A stretch of 64,000 bases of DNA from Trichosphaerium sp. ATCC 40318 (lineage: Eukaryota; Protista; Tubulinea), in contig JALMLS010000507.1 of the NCBI GenBank assembly GCA_038496445.1, positions 715,601-779,600 of the forward strand, given 5' to 3'. The notes under the pieces are model-generated. The model did no database searches, was not told the origin of the DNA, and saw only the letters and a list, made by a program, of their open reading frames with translations. The position numbers and the translations under genes were made by a program. Shown piece after piece: positions 13,992-28,100 of the stretch; within the stretch, counting starts at the first letter, position 1; each line of letters begins with the position of its first letter.

Positions 13992-14589
13992 AACGTGCGT
14001 CAGGTCTAATTTTTGAGCGTAATATTACATTTTTAATGAAAATCGCCAAACGAATTCCTCTGCCTAGTATTTTTACTCTTTACACTTTAGCTTTCGCTTG
14101 ATGATTCAAAAGATGAACTAGAACTATCAACATCACCTGTGACAGCATTTGTTGCTTCAGGCACGTGTTGTTTCATTTCCTTTGACTCACGTTTCTGAAA
14201 TTTAATTTAGCTCGTTATTTTTTTTAAACGGCCGTCAACGTACTGGCTTTCTATGTCTCCCCCTTCTCCTCCGGAACCATGCGACAGGAATAGCAACAAT
14301 TAAATAAATAAGCGCGATTAGCCCTGCTACAAGCGCTAAGATCCGTACAACTACTACACTTGTAACATTAGTACAAAAATACAGCACGTGTTCATTTTGT
14401 ACATGGTTCTTCAGCGGGTTCCTGCAAGTTTTAAGCTACATAATGACCCTTCATACCAACGTACGCTTAGAGTGGTGTTCATTTAGATGGATTTGACGCA
14501 GTTTTTGTTTCCCAGTTAATTGTAGAAGTTTGATTACAGAATTGGGAGTCTCGTTAATTCCATGGTGTTATTGAACAGGTCAAGGACGC

Positions 14590-17507
14590 ATGAAAAAGAA
14601 GACTACTCGAAAGAGGTGAGGGTTAATGTTTACCCGCAATTTTAGTATTGAACAAAATGTAGAAAGCGCTCTGTGGCAGCTTGCAAGACATGCCGGGAGC
14701 GTCATGTAAAGTGCGATGGCGGCAATCCATGTGGTATTCCAAAAATTTTTGGGTGTTTTAAGTTTTAGAGCGCTGTATGACTCTTCGAATAGGTCGCTGT
14801 AAGAAAAGAAACCTAAAATGCGTTTTTTCAACGCCAAGGAAACGAGGGCCACAAAAAGGTAAATTACATTACATAACAGGATTCACACAGCGCCTTTCAC
14901 GCCGAATCTCTTGTTTACAGCTGGTTCAACAAACACATTGTAAAATATCGTTAGGGCATTTAGAATCTGTCACTGGCGAAATGAAGACCCTACAACAAGC
15001 GCTACGCACGAAAGATGATGAATTAAGTCGTTGGAAAGCTTTGTACCAAGAGAGAGTCGCTGCACAATCCGTACGCATATTTGATTCGCTACGAATACCA
15101 CGTAGCTCTTTTTTACCTTAGCATAGGTTAAATAAATTTTAGATATGTGACTCAACAGGCTTACACTTACAACTCAGCGCATCCTTGGCAACGTACCTAT
15201 CGAATTATAACAATTTTTATGGCCAAATTACTGTACGAACGGACATTTAATTTCAGCGTTGTTTTCAGAACGCTTGTGGCCTCATTGTTTGTTTAGAGTA
15301 TCTTTCCTTGCCATGATTCGAACCAATTTTTGTCATTGTTGTCAAATAGAATGGGTATGGTTATAGCTGATGGGATTAACGGTTTTACCAATCAGTCTAA
15401 AATACATTCAACAGCTTTTTGGTTCAACTCTTTTAACTGACCCCAAATTAGAATCTTCTAACCCAGCAGTGATGACTACAGCAGCAACAGTTTGCTTAGG
15501 TGCTATTCTTGCTTGTACGTCGTCGTTGTGGTCATATCACTGGGTCTAACTAGAAAATAAATAGGGAATCCTCATCATGGTGAGTTTTTTAAAAATGTTG
15601 CTTCACAAATGCTACGCATGTCTTTTGATGAATGTCATCCACAAGTTGCAGCATGTACGTCTTATATATAGTGATAATACTCTTACTCATTATTTTTATC
15701 GATTAGCAATGTGTTTATTGGGTACATACTATCAAGCAAAAGGACAATTAAGCAAATCAAGGCATTACCTTGGGTTAGCTCATTGTACGTATAGGTTTTG
15801 GTCCGTCGCGCTTAATTTCTATTAAAAGCAACTTGTCAACTACTTGTTACGGATAAACATATTGGAGAAACAGAGCCTGATACATTACAATTATTAACAA
15901 TGATGCAGTTATCAATCAAAGTAATATCTGCAGAATTTTCACCTACGAAGTGCGTGTCAATTACACTGTCCTCCTAATAATTCGCCCGTGTAGAGAAGTT
16001 GTGCAAAAACTATTTAATGATATTCTTCCTACCTTGTACACTTTGAAATCACTATACCCAAACAGACAATCGTTAATTATATTGACAGTTTTGGCTAAAT
16101 TGCACTATGTAAGCCTCGAAACAATTGGGATGTTTTTGCTTATGTTATGTTTTAGTTTCAATTGGAGATGAGTAAAGCAGTTCTCATAGACGCTAATGGA
16201 GCATGTACAATAGTACGGTTTTGAAAAAAAATCACGTGATTGTGCTTATGCTAACACGTTTTTTTCTGTAGCAACAAGAGAAGTATGTTAAAGTTTTACA
16301 AGGATTGGAAGATTTGGAATCACTTCTAGATTCTCTTCCAGAGCGTGCTAAGCATGTTGTTTCTTGTTTCAGAATAATGCTTGGTGTAATGAAAGCGTCA
16401 ACTCACTTTAGCTGCGCAAACCTTACGCTGGCAATACAAGTACGTCAATCACGGCAAAGCGTCTCTACCAACCAACAAGTGAACTCACTTTTCTTGATGT
16501 AATCTAAAATTGTTTACGACATCAAGTGGTTCATTGTGAACGCAAAATTTGATCTTTGTGCTGAATACTTACGCCTTTGTTAGGTTGCTAATGAGTCTCT
16601 AAACCTTATTCGAAGTGATGAAGAGCTTGAAAGAATGGCTGCTGCTCATTTACCTGTCGCTGTATCTTTACTACATGATGCATGTTATCTAGCTATCCGA
16701 GGCAATCATCTTGGCTTATTCCACAAAGTACGTCCTTTGTACAGAATGACGAAGTGTTAATGGGCTTTAGACGATTACACACGTGTCAAAACTTGCTTGT
16801 GGTTGGCCACCTGGTGTTCCTGTGGCTTTGGGTCTTATACAACAAGCCAACGACTCCAACATGGATTATGATGAAGCAATCATTGGTGATATTTTAACAA
16901 AGTTAGGGAACACTCCAGTTTGTCTTAAAAAAGACCTAATAGTAGGATGGATGCTTTTAGGCAACTGTACAACTTACGTTTCATGTATTAAAAAGTACGT
17001 ACACATGTCACACTGATATGAGTGTACTAAACCATGCTTAAAGTTTAGAAAAACAAAAGGAAGAACCATCACTCCTTGCACCACTTTCAGTGCCTAATAT
17101 GACAGTGCCTGCTGAAGTCGATCAAACTAAAACGCAGAGTGTTAATTGTAGTAACACTAAACAACCTGTTGAAGTACATAGTCCAAGCAGTAGGGCACCT
17201 TCTAGTCCGTCTATTCAACTGGAAGATTTTGCAGCACAATTTTTAACACCACCTCAACAATCACCATTAAGTAATCATAATACGCTTGATGATAATCTCA
17301 AGAATCATCAATTTTTAAATTCAGAGGAGCAAGTGCTTCATCAACTTGATTTACCTGATCATGCCTTATTGACACCACAAGGTACACGACTTGAAAAAAA
17401 AACTATGATCAAGTTACTTAATCTATTTAGGTGGGGATCTACCGAATTTATTTGAGTATACAGGCCTGGGTGATGATACACAGGATAAATTCGGGTTCAC
17501 TCTTTGA
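14590..17507 (+). CDS. Zn(II)2Cys6 (GAL4-type) transcription factor
   Basis: Spliced ACKTCRERHVKCDGGNPCGRCKKRNLKCVF..RKRGP, then coiled coil, helical middle region and acidic/Pro-Ser-rich C-terminus. Confidence 0.85.
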
Positions 17508-17613
17508 ATTTTTTGTATTACTTCGGGCGGACTGACTGCTACGGGCTAAACTTTTTTTTCGGACGGTCAAAATTAACTTGTATTATAAAATCTGTTGTAC
17601 ATAATTGTGATGT

Positions 17614-20600
17614 TTACATACTTATTTCAGCGAGTACAATTTGTTCCATAGATTTTTTAAGAAAACCATAGGTGCACACGTCTGGAGTTTTGTTTGACGT
17701 GTGACCTCGTCTTATGCTATTCGAGAAAAATATGAGAAAAAGTTTCGAAGGCAAAAGACATACCGTGCAAAAACTGCGACTGGCGCGAAGAGATCAATAG
17801 GACTGCACAATCTAGCTATTATTTTATAATTCCCTTTCAGATTTTGTTGATTATTTGATGGTAGTATGTACTCTTGAGGGCCATAGCCTTTGATTTTTGG
17901 GTGAACTTTAAGTTTAAAAAAACAAGTGGTATATTTTGGGGTTTTTACGTACCTTTGCAATCTGTCGACATTAAACCGCCCATCCTTGTTCTGTTATTAA
18001 AAGAGTAACAATCTTCTCCTGAAGGTTCTATGACATGAAGTTCAATATTCGCTGTAGGGCTATTCCACACAAGCACAACTCTAAAAAAAAACTTAATCTG
18101 GCGCTCGCTCACAAGTTTTTACCTCAGAAAGTGGTCTATTGATTGACCAAGAGTGATCACCTTAGCTGGAGCATAGCCCCTCAGTTTAGTTTCTAGATCC
18201 CGCTTGAATTTGTCTACATTTTTCATGTTGACTCGTTTTATAACCTCAAACAAGTCATTCAATGCTACAAGTTGGATTTGGTGTCTCTGAAATCTATTTT
18301 CCCATCTTGTCTTTAGGACTTCAAGCAGCGCTTCAAACTGTTTTGATGGACTGTCCTGATACGCTGTTGCTAATTCCCTAGACGTTGAATGAGATAAAAT
18401 TAAGTAAATTCTGCACCAATGTGAAAGCGGTTCTTCGGGCAGAAGCTCCAACACTTTAGTAACAATCTTGCAACACCTAGTACTTAGTGTAAGCAGCTAA
18501 AACAATAAACCTTGCTCGCACAATTTTTGTACTTGATCCTTAAATCCTTCTTGGTTGCTAAACAGTACTTGAGATACCCAAGCGCATAATCTGAACTGCT
18601 GAGGATCTGGTGAGGTCGACATCTCCAATAACTGCGAGAGAATTCGCAAACCTATCATTTCTTTACCAACAGAAATACACTCCTTTGTAGCAGCCTTAAA
18701 TCCTGTTAGCTATGGCAATGTAAACTGTTTAAGTACCAGTACGCCCTCAGCGGTATCACATGTAGCTAATAAATCGTCCAAATTAAAAGCTAAACGAAAG
18801 CCTGGGGTTGCGATATCATCCGGCTCTACTTCCATAGGTGTTGGTGCGAGAATTTTCTTGTTTTCTTCTCGCCCTCTAGATGGAATACTTGCTCCTTCTA
18901 TAGAAACGTAAACATACAAACCTTTTTGTAGTGTTCTTACCAAACCCGTATAGAAATATTGGCCTCTGCAACTTCTTTAATCCTGCTACAACATCCTGAA
19001 CAGATACTGTTCTTCGTTTGCTATGTACTGTGTACAAAATAGTATTTCTTAGAACATTCTCCAAAAACAGTTTCAGTACGCATCGTGCCTCTGAGCAAAT
19101 AGCCCAATGCATACGTTTTACGCCAGCACGTCTAGCTAAACGCTTTATACAAGGTTTAGATATACCTACGAGCGCGTGTTAGCTAGCTAAAAAAGCAAAT
19201 CCAGAGCTACCATGTAAATTGTCTCGTAGTATTTTTCTATGTCTCTTTGCACCACCTTTTCCAAGACCTTTTCCAAGTCGCTTGACAGTGGTGTTTATAC
19301 CAGAAAGAGGTTTGGCGCTTTTACTTGAAACTACTTTGCGAGGCCCGAAAATTCCTGCACGTGCTGCTTTTGATGACACAGTTTTACGAGGGTTGGGTGT
19401 AGATATATTTGTTGCCTCTGGTCGCATATTAATATCGCTGGAATGAACTCTTGGTGTAATTTTATCCCAAGCTGAAGGTGTAGGACCAATATCTACTTCC
19501 ATTTGATCGAATTCCAAGTTCTATTGCGGCAGGTGAATACAACAATGAAGTAACCTTGAGTACCTTTTCCCCATTCTGCTGCAACTCTGTATACTTCATT
19601 GGTACTGTCGGCAAGTTGCTCATTTGATCATGGAGCGAGTCAGGTTCTAGGCTTGAAGGCTTTATTGTGTAATACTTATTGTACTCATCTTTTTGTTTGA
19701 AGTCATGGTGTAGAACCTTGTAGAGTATTTATATGAATGTATCTTTAGAAAAACAAACACGCACGTGATCGTTGACTTGTAGATTGGGTGATGTTAAACA
19801 GTTTATTCTTTTCTCAATAAGATTACTGACGTATTGTTTATAACTGCGTTCTTCTTGTTCTTTTGTACCCACTTTTGATGCCATAACATTTAAAAACGCT
19901 TGTCTATCGCAAGTACTTAGCAAAAAAGCATTGGCAAAAGGTGTAAACAAGCTAAAATCGCTCATTTTCAACTATAACTGTTTTGATGTACCGTAGTTGG
20001 GGCCGCGATTTTGGTGGTTCTATATTATGTTGTATATATGAACCAAGTGTACGCAATATAATCATAGAAGTTTGAGAAGTGACAAGCCCATATTTCTTTC
20101 CAAGTGATTCGACTTTGTCAAATTGATGGGATATTTCATAATTGTCAATTTGTTGCTTAGCCCACGTTCTACGAACCAAACCTTCGATGCTGCATTTTCT
20201 GTTTGTCATCCCATGTACGGTATAAACATGATTTATTGTTGTTTCATTCATGTTGTAATACGGATATATGGTATGAACATGTCTCATGTCTTTAACTTTG
20301 CCGGAGATTAAAACGAATGGAGATTGCATTACTTCGCTGTTGTGTGGAGCAACTAGTAAGTTATCGTTAATACAATTTTTAAGGTAATTTGTATACGCAC
20401 ATTCAGTGATGCCACTATCATAATCTGCTCTAACGAATCTCCAACGATTTTCGGGAAGAAGGATTTCACATGCTATTTCAAAATAATTCTTCGAGGTGTT
20501 CCACAAGTCGTAGAATTGGCCTCCACTACTCGTTGATAATCGCTTCAAAATTAGGCTGTTGTATCTCTCACTCCCGGTTATGCAATGAATAGGGCACGCT

Positions 20601-21940
20601 ATATTGTCTGGATAGTAAGAGTCCGGACCGAGAGTGTTAATGCCATCTGAAAAAAGCAGAACAAAGTCGTATTCACTATTTTGTAACACGGGTTCAACAG
20701 AGCTAATATCAGTTGCTCCGTAGCATCTTATATCCCTAACGTGCTAAAACACATTAAGACGGCCGTATATAGTACAAGAATTGTGTACGAAGATTATCTG
20801 ATCAATATCAGCGGAAGAAAAGGTACGTTTGTCCGACAATGTAAGTGAAAACGAAAAAACATCAACTATACAGACTGAGTCCATTATCGTTAGTAGCGAC
20901 CTGAGTGCTATTGTTTCCCTATCACACTATTATTGAGTATTTAAACATACGTTCTTACCGGTGTATAATATCTGAGGAACGAGATTTAGACGCATCCCAG
21001 AGTATTGCAATTTTCTTAAATGAAACATTTTCCTTTTTTTCATGACAATGGTAGTCACACACATAGTCGTACAAGCAAAAATAACTATACCTAGAACCTT
21101 TTTCAACTACAGTTTCATACATGATATCAAATAGATAACTCCCAAGAGTCATATTCACTGCGATGATACCGTCCATGCAAAATGGTAATACCCAATGACC
21201 ATCCAGAACAGCTGTAATACAATCTTTCCTGTCTGACCCTGAAAATGAAAATGCCGGTAGTTTAAGTATGCGCCCTTTATCTGCTCCAATTGTTACTGTT
21301 TGTTTTTTCCCTATTAATACGCGACCAGAAAGCGTAAAACTTTCCAGTTCTTTTTGTGTGTAGATTGGTAATAAGAGGCATAAATCGGAATAATCTAAGA
21401 AAATGTAAATGCGGGTTTAGAATCTTTGTAAGCGCACTTCTTGGCGTAAAGCCTCCTGACACGGTCAATTGGATTTTCTTCCTTGCTCCAGGGAGTATTT
21501 GGTTTATTTTGGCTCTAAACACATTGCCCACTACTACCTCAGCAATGGCAGTGTCACTTTTTTGGAACTGGTCTGTGTTCGCTGAAAAAGTTGAACGAGC
21601 TTTTTTCTTGCTTACAACAGTTCCTTCTACGAGTATCCCATCATACTCCACAGCGTACCCAGATACGTACGAATCTAGTTAACCGTTAAAAAGCGCCATA
21701 ACAAAGATGGTTGTACTTGGAGCAAGGGTGAACTCAAATGAAGCTGTTTGAACGGTTTCAGGTAGTTTGTTGTTAAATTCAAAGGTATAGGTTGTTTCTA
21801 ACGTAGCAGTGAGAAAATGTGGTTATAAAATGCGTTCACACACGTGCTAAAAAGTGGTCTATTTGGAAGTTAATAGCCAACGACACAAGAGGTAATGTCG
21901 CTTTTGTAATGGCATCTACAAGTACTATACGAGCTTCCAT
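17614..21940 (-). CDS. VIT - vWA-like - histone H4-like insert - TPR-like - DUF2135(YfaP) protein
   Basis: VIT (VSGYAVEYDGILVEGTVVSKKKAR); vWA MIDAS-like ILWDASKSR, GATDI, LLFSDGINT; H4-like region 18941-19271; LRILSQLLE / LELLPEEPLS TPR-like; VVLVWNSPTANIELHVIEPSGE..GYGPQEY DUF2135. Confidence 0.8.
18941..19271 (-). other. Histone H4-like domain embedded within the VIT/DUF2135 gene
   Basis: [38 protein letters not shown]...VLKLFLENVLRN...YTVHSKRRTVSVQDVV..LKK..LYGF after removing a 45-nt intron (19166-19210). Confidence 0.9.
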
Positions 21941-22150
21941 TGCATAACTTGGCTTGAACGTCAATATTGTTGAAACGCAACGACCATTTTGATTGGTAAC
22001 TCCGAGATAATAACCGTTGACGTTTGATCAAAATACAACATATTTTGAAAGACGGCGAAAATTGATTGTTTTCAACATACAGATATAGCTGAAAAGCAGC
22101 TCTTTTAAAAGGCCTAATACTTGCTGTTTCGCGCTAGTGTCCAAACAAGG

Positions 22151-25100
22151 ATGAAGGCAAGGAAGCTCTCAACGAAGAAGAGTAGACGTGATGTCAGCGT
22201 TAAAGGTATTATTACACTTTATGCAAGATTTAGACTAGTTTTTTTGCTGTACTAGCTTGCACAGCTGTTAAATACATATTTAAATTCCTTACATGCGAAT
22301 ACTAATTCTTCTAGCAAACAAAAGTAGTAAAGGTACCCAGTTTGGAGCACACGACGAACGCGAAGCACTGGCTCGCGTGCTGACACATTCTAAACTCGGT
22401 TATGTAAATTCTAATGCTATATAGCGAGTGGTGGTAAAATAAGCGTTTCATCGCAAGCGGTACCATCTGAACATGAGATAAATCAATTGTTCAGCAACTT
22501 GTTGGTACGAAAACAAAACTGCACGTTAAAGCGAAACAATACTAACAACGTTAACTCAAGGACAAACTCAATATTACCAAAGCGTCTCAAAGACAGGACA
22601 TGTTTCGTAATTTCTCTACAGCCAAAAAATGGTGCGAAGAACAACACAGCATTTCAACGAGCATGCATATACGCTGTGAACACATTTTCGTTACATAAAG
22701 TCGCGTTAACGAGTGCCTAATTGTCGTAAAAGGGAATTTATTCAAAATTTCAAAGATAAAGAGGAATCAGGCACTACTATGGTAGCTAACTCTGCTTCAA
22801 GCCAAATAGACGCTCTACAAAGTATGATTATTATAGTTTTACTCCAATTACAGCGACTGACGTGTTTTTGTAGAGAAGGTAACCGTCAAGTTACTTCATA
22901 AGTTAGCTGTTTCGCTCAAAACAGAGCCAGTGTCTTTTGTTGAGGAGTTTATAAGTACGTTAAGTGTCATTGTATCTGTTAACGCGTTTTTTTAAAGAGC
23001 AGGCTGGTATTGAGTTTATAACTAGTCTCTTCGATACACTGTTAGAGCAGTGCAATGCACTAAAAGAGCAAAATGTGTACGCGAATTAGATTATTTAAAT
23101 TTAAACTTAATGGACGCAGTAAGAGGATGACAGTTACCTACGGTGCTGGTGATGATATGCCTGGTAAATTAAATGCTGTGGTTGTTGCTCTAGATGGCTT
23201 AATGAGGTTTAACGTGCGTAACGGTTTTCGTGTTTTTTCCTGTACCTTTGAGCTTATGTTTGAATGTAGTCATCTTTGGAGCGCCTAGTACAGTCAGAAA
23301 ACTTTATTTATCACTTGGCAGAGAGTTTGGACTTTATGGTAGAGCAGAGTAGAGGAATTGTGCTGAAGTTAATGGCAGTTATCGCACTTATCAACAAAGC
23401 TTGCTATAGGTTGGAACGAATATGATCTTATGCTCTTACAAATTTCAATAGGGCTGTTTTAGAGTGCCTCAGTGATCAAACAAGGTTGCTTCTAACACTT
23501 CTCATGCAAGGCAGCATGGAATCTAAAGTACTATTTAGAAATTAATCCGAAAACATTTGCTCAGTATCTAAACAATATTTAGGCACATACCATGAAGTGT
23601 ATTAACGTACTGAGTCTTTCAAAAGCGTATGCTTGTCCAGAGCAGAAATATATGCGCGGTTTGTTGTTACAACAAGGGCTAACAGAAGTTGTCATTGTAA
23701 GCATTTAAAATATCCACGTTATTGCTTTTATTCTAAAGACTGCTTTAGGAAATCAAGAAGGGTACAATGTCTGATGAACTTGAACGTCAAGTGGATATCT
23801 TCGAGCTCCTTATGAGGCGCAGAGGAACTAATATTAAGATACAACAGCCAGATATTACAGGCACGATGTTTCATCATATATTTTCACCTTTCTGACCTTT
23901 CATCAGGAAAACCTTTGCAACTGATCGGTATTCTAAAGCAACTGAAGGGTTCTCCACTAGAAAATATCTTTGGTCGCTTCTTGAGGAGTTTACAGTTTGT
24001 ATGCGAAAATGATAACGTAGATGGTGCGTAATTTATTACCAAGTCGCAAGACTATTACTGACACATGTTGCAGCTATCCGTGCAGTAATAGAAAGTGCTT
24101 TGGAGAAGTTTGAGAAAGATGAAGTCGTACCACCTCTTGCTATTAAAACAGAGCTGTTATCTCCTGAGGAAAGTGAATCAGAGACAGAAATAGAAGGCAA
24201 TATTAATTCATCACGTGATTACTTTGTAGTGAACGAGATTCAACAAGTACGAGAGTAGTTATTTAATCACATGACGCCGTATTGACCTTTTTCAAAGGAC
24301 ACACTTCAAAGTAAGGTTGTTGAAACTAATTCACCTGGGTGCTTTGCAAAAGCAGGTTCAAATGAAATTTGGTGTGGAACACTTAGTGGGTTTATTCAAC
24401 GTTGGGAATACAAGGTACGGGATTTTTTAGCCAACAGTCCTTCAGACTTGAATACTGACTTGTTAAATAGACAAAGCGTTTTATTAAGGCATTTAAAGGC
24501 CATGAATCATCTGTTGTTTGTATCCTAGATAGTGGATCCAATGTATGGTCTGGTGATTTGGATGGGCGTTTGGTATTAGTTCTACTTTTGCGATTTATCT
24601 CTTACCGTTTATTAGGTGTTGTGGAATGCTGAAGTACTTTACACATTTGTAAATAATATTCTTGCTAACACTGTTCAAATAGAAACACAAGCCTGTACAA
24701 AAATTTAAGAATTATCACAGTGCTGCTATTACAAGCATTTTATCTGTTCAAGGTAGTATCTGGACATCAGATGCCAGAGGACAGATTAACATTTGGGAAA
24801 AAGTACACTAGCTTTTTTTGAACCTGTTACCTTTGAGACAAACAAATACTTGCGTTACTCATCTAAGACATTTTTTAGACTGGCCAAGATTATTCAAAAG
24901 CACATACTATAAAATTTAAAGATGATACAGCAAGCTCCCTCTGTACTGTCGCAGAAGGAAAGTTGTGGGTCGGAGGATTTGGTAAAATATATGTTGTTTC
25001 TAGTGAAACACGTGAAACTGTGCATATCATTGAAGATGCTCACCCTGGACGCGTATGTAGTATTTTAATTAAATGACTTATTAATAATATACTTTAGATA

Positions 25101-28100
25101 TCGAGCATGGAGCTCGTGAATAACCAAGTCTGGACAACTGGTCAGGATTGCATTAAAATCTGGGATGCTAAAACAATGTCTATTACATACAGCATACGAG
25201 TTCGTGATCTCCAACCATCCGGTTCGAATACGCCTGGCCGTAGGACAATCATTTCCTCTCAGTTCATACACAGTGAAGGCCACATTTGGTGTGGTACCTC
25301 TGACAATAGAATCTTTGTTTGGGATCCTAAGGTACGAGTGTTTAAGCCTTTTTGTTAGTACTAACCTACCTCAAGAACCGACAAATCTTGCAAGAGCTTG
25401 AAACAAACTCAGAAGTTATTTGCATGCTTGCACTTGCCGACGGAACGTGAGTAACAAATTATACAAATCAGTGCTTCTTGTACTTATTAACAAGCATAGT
25501 GTTGCGGCTGGATGTAAAGATAAGACTGTTTATTGGTACAAATATAATAGAGTACAAGATGACTCAAAGACAAAAGAGAAAATTCAGAACACCAGACGTG
25601 AACTTGCTGGTACATTTTCAAAATATCGTGTTTGCTGTGATGATAACGCTTAGCTTAGATAAAACAACAACTATTGCAAATGTGCTTTCTGTAGCGCCTG
25701 CAAGCCCAGGTGCAGGAGGCTTACCGCCTCCACCACCTCCGCCACCACCTCCACCTGGTAAGGCAAGAGGTCTAGGGCCGCCCCCTCCACCAGGAATGCC
25801 TGGTAAAAAGGCCAAGCCTGTACGTTTGAGTCTGTACTCTGAATGCTGTTATTTACTAAATTGCGAAAGGCTGCGCGTAATTTAATGAATAATTTGGATT
25901 GGGTAAAGTTAAATGATCAAAAACTTGATGGCACTATTTGGTCCAAGTTTAAGGTAAAACCTGAAGAGGATGAGTATGCTGTAAAGGAAGAGGAAGAAGA
26001 AAAATCAGAAAAACCTGAAGATCTCTTCGAAATAGATGAATTGCGGAAACTTTTCACTCGTCAGAAAGTAGTACATGAAGGTGTTAGTAGGTTGAAGAAG
26101 AGACAACGTGCTATAGAAAAGACAAAGAACATCTTGCCAGTGAAAAGAGCTAATGATATTTGTACGTCAAACTGATTGTGGCTTACTTCATTTCAACTAA
26201 ACCACGTGCTCTAGGTATTATTTTCTTGTCGAGGTTTAATCGTAAAGAAATGTCTAATGATGATGTCATCACTGCAATCCGTGAGATGGACGATGACAAG
26301 TTCACTATAGAGGACTTACAATATTTATTGGACTATTGTCCAAGTCAACCAGAACGAGCGCTTCTAAAGCCTTTTATAAAGAATCCAGATCCACAACTAG
26401 GAAAAGCAGAGCAGTACTTTTTAAAGGTAATCAGCTTAATGCACTTTGTATTTATTTCTATTTAGCTCATGGATGTGGACCATCTAGAAGATCGTTTAGC
26501 CAGTTGGCATGTCCGTAGGACATTCTACACTGTTATTAATACAACTGGCAAAGTACTCATTACTACTATTTTACTTTGTCTAATGTATAAAACCTAGCGT
26601 GTCAAGGTTCTTTCAAAAGCTTGTGATCAAGTTAAGGAGTCTGCCTCATTGAAAAAGATGCTAGAAATTATTTTGGCATTGGGTAATGTTCTTAATGAGA
26701 ACACGACAAAGGGAAAAGCCCAAGGTTTCAAACTGGGATCTATTATGAAGGTTAGTCTGGTTTTTTTTTAATACCATATTTAACTCACCTCTACTAGCTG
26801 CTAGATTGTCGTATGGCTGGATCTAGACAAAAGACTTTAATGAACTTTCTCGCAGAGACAGTTTACAATAAACATAAATCTCTTCTTGACGTAGCCAAGG
26901 AGTTAAACACAATCCCTGATGCTTCTCACAGTAAGAACAAGTTACTCGTTTTCATCAAACTCATTTTAACCTAGAAAACTTAACTCTCATTTCTGGAGAG
27001 CTTGGAAAACTCAGAGTTGGCCTGCAAAAGGTTAAATCATTCATTGCTGTAGACAATGATATTCCAGCGGAAGATGTTTTCAAGACAGTTCTTACTGTAT
27101 CCCTTTTGTCATTCTTTTTTCTCATTTTGTTTGCAATATTTTTATCCTTAACTTTCAGGACTTTCACCAAGAAGCTACTCAGCTTCTAGAGTCATCAATG
27201 AGGGACTTGAAACTCCTTCAAGAATCGTACGTTACACAAATTAAAAAGAGTTTTAGGTTAAACTAACCGCCACATTTAAAGGTATTCGCGAGTCCTAAAC
27301 TATTTTGGAGAAGCACCATCAACGCAATCTGATGACTTCTTCGGAATTGTATCTACCTTCTTGCAGCAGTTCAAAGTACGTTTGTTTTTGTAGTACTGAT
27401 TGCCATCAAACTAACATTTGATCTTCAAGAAAGCTGTAATTATCATCCCTAAACCAGTTGTAAAGAAAGCGCCAGCCCAACGCGCAACATCAGTACGCTC
27501 GTGTATTCTTTACTATTCTCTTATAATCGTTTAGAACACAGGCAAGGTGACCAGGGTTAATACAAGCAAGAATGCAACGTTAAAGGCCAAAAAGTTAAAA
27601 ACAGAGAATCTCAACGATGAAGATACCGCAGCTTTACTTTTGGACTTGGCACTTTGTAAAGACGAAGAATTCCAAATTGAAGAAGAAGGTACGCCAAAAA
27701 ACAAGTTTTGTAAAAACCCAATCAATCTTGTTAATTCCTTGTAGCAACACCACGTACCAAAAAGAAACGAAAAAAGAAGTCTGGTAGAACTCCTACATCA
27801 CCAAAAAGTCCTGAAACTCCGGAAGAAGAAGCAGCACCTGCTCCTGCTCCTGCGCCGGTAGTGAGCGCATCTACTGCAGGTGAGCACCTTTTATAACTTT
27901 ACGAAGTTTTACTCACTTGTTTTTCGCAGGTGGTATTGATTTAGCACTTCTGGAAGCTTTTGAAGCTGGTGACTTGGATCACTACCTCTTTGAGGAAGGC
28001 GATGAAACCGCAGATGATCCAGAGGCGGTTGAAGAACGTCAAGAACTCAAAAAAATCATATCTAAAAGAGGTGGTTTAACTGCTTCTCCAAAGAAATCTA

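Noticed and set aside
13438-14016. 192-aa Val/Gly/Ala-rich plus-strand ORF
   Set aside because: Antisense shadow of the Thr/Pro repeat exon
18876-19517. Stand-alone canonical histone H4 gene
   Set aside because: No MSGRGK start, too diverged, and flanked by in-phase splice sites joining it to the surrounding gene
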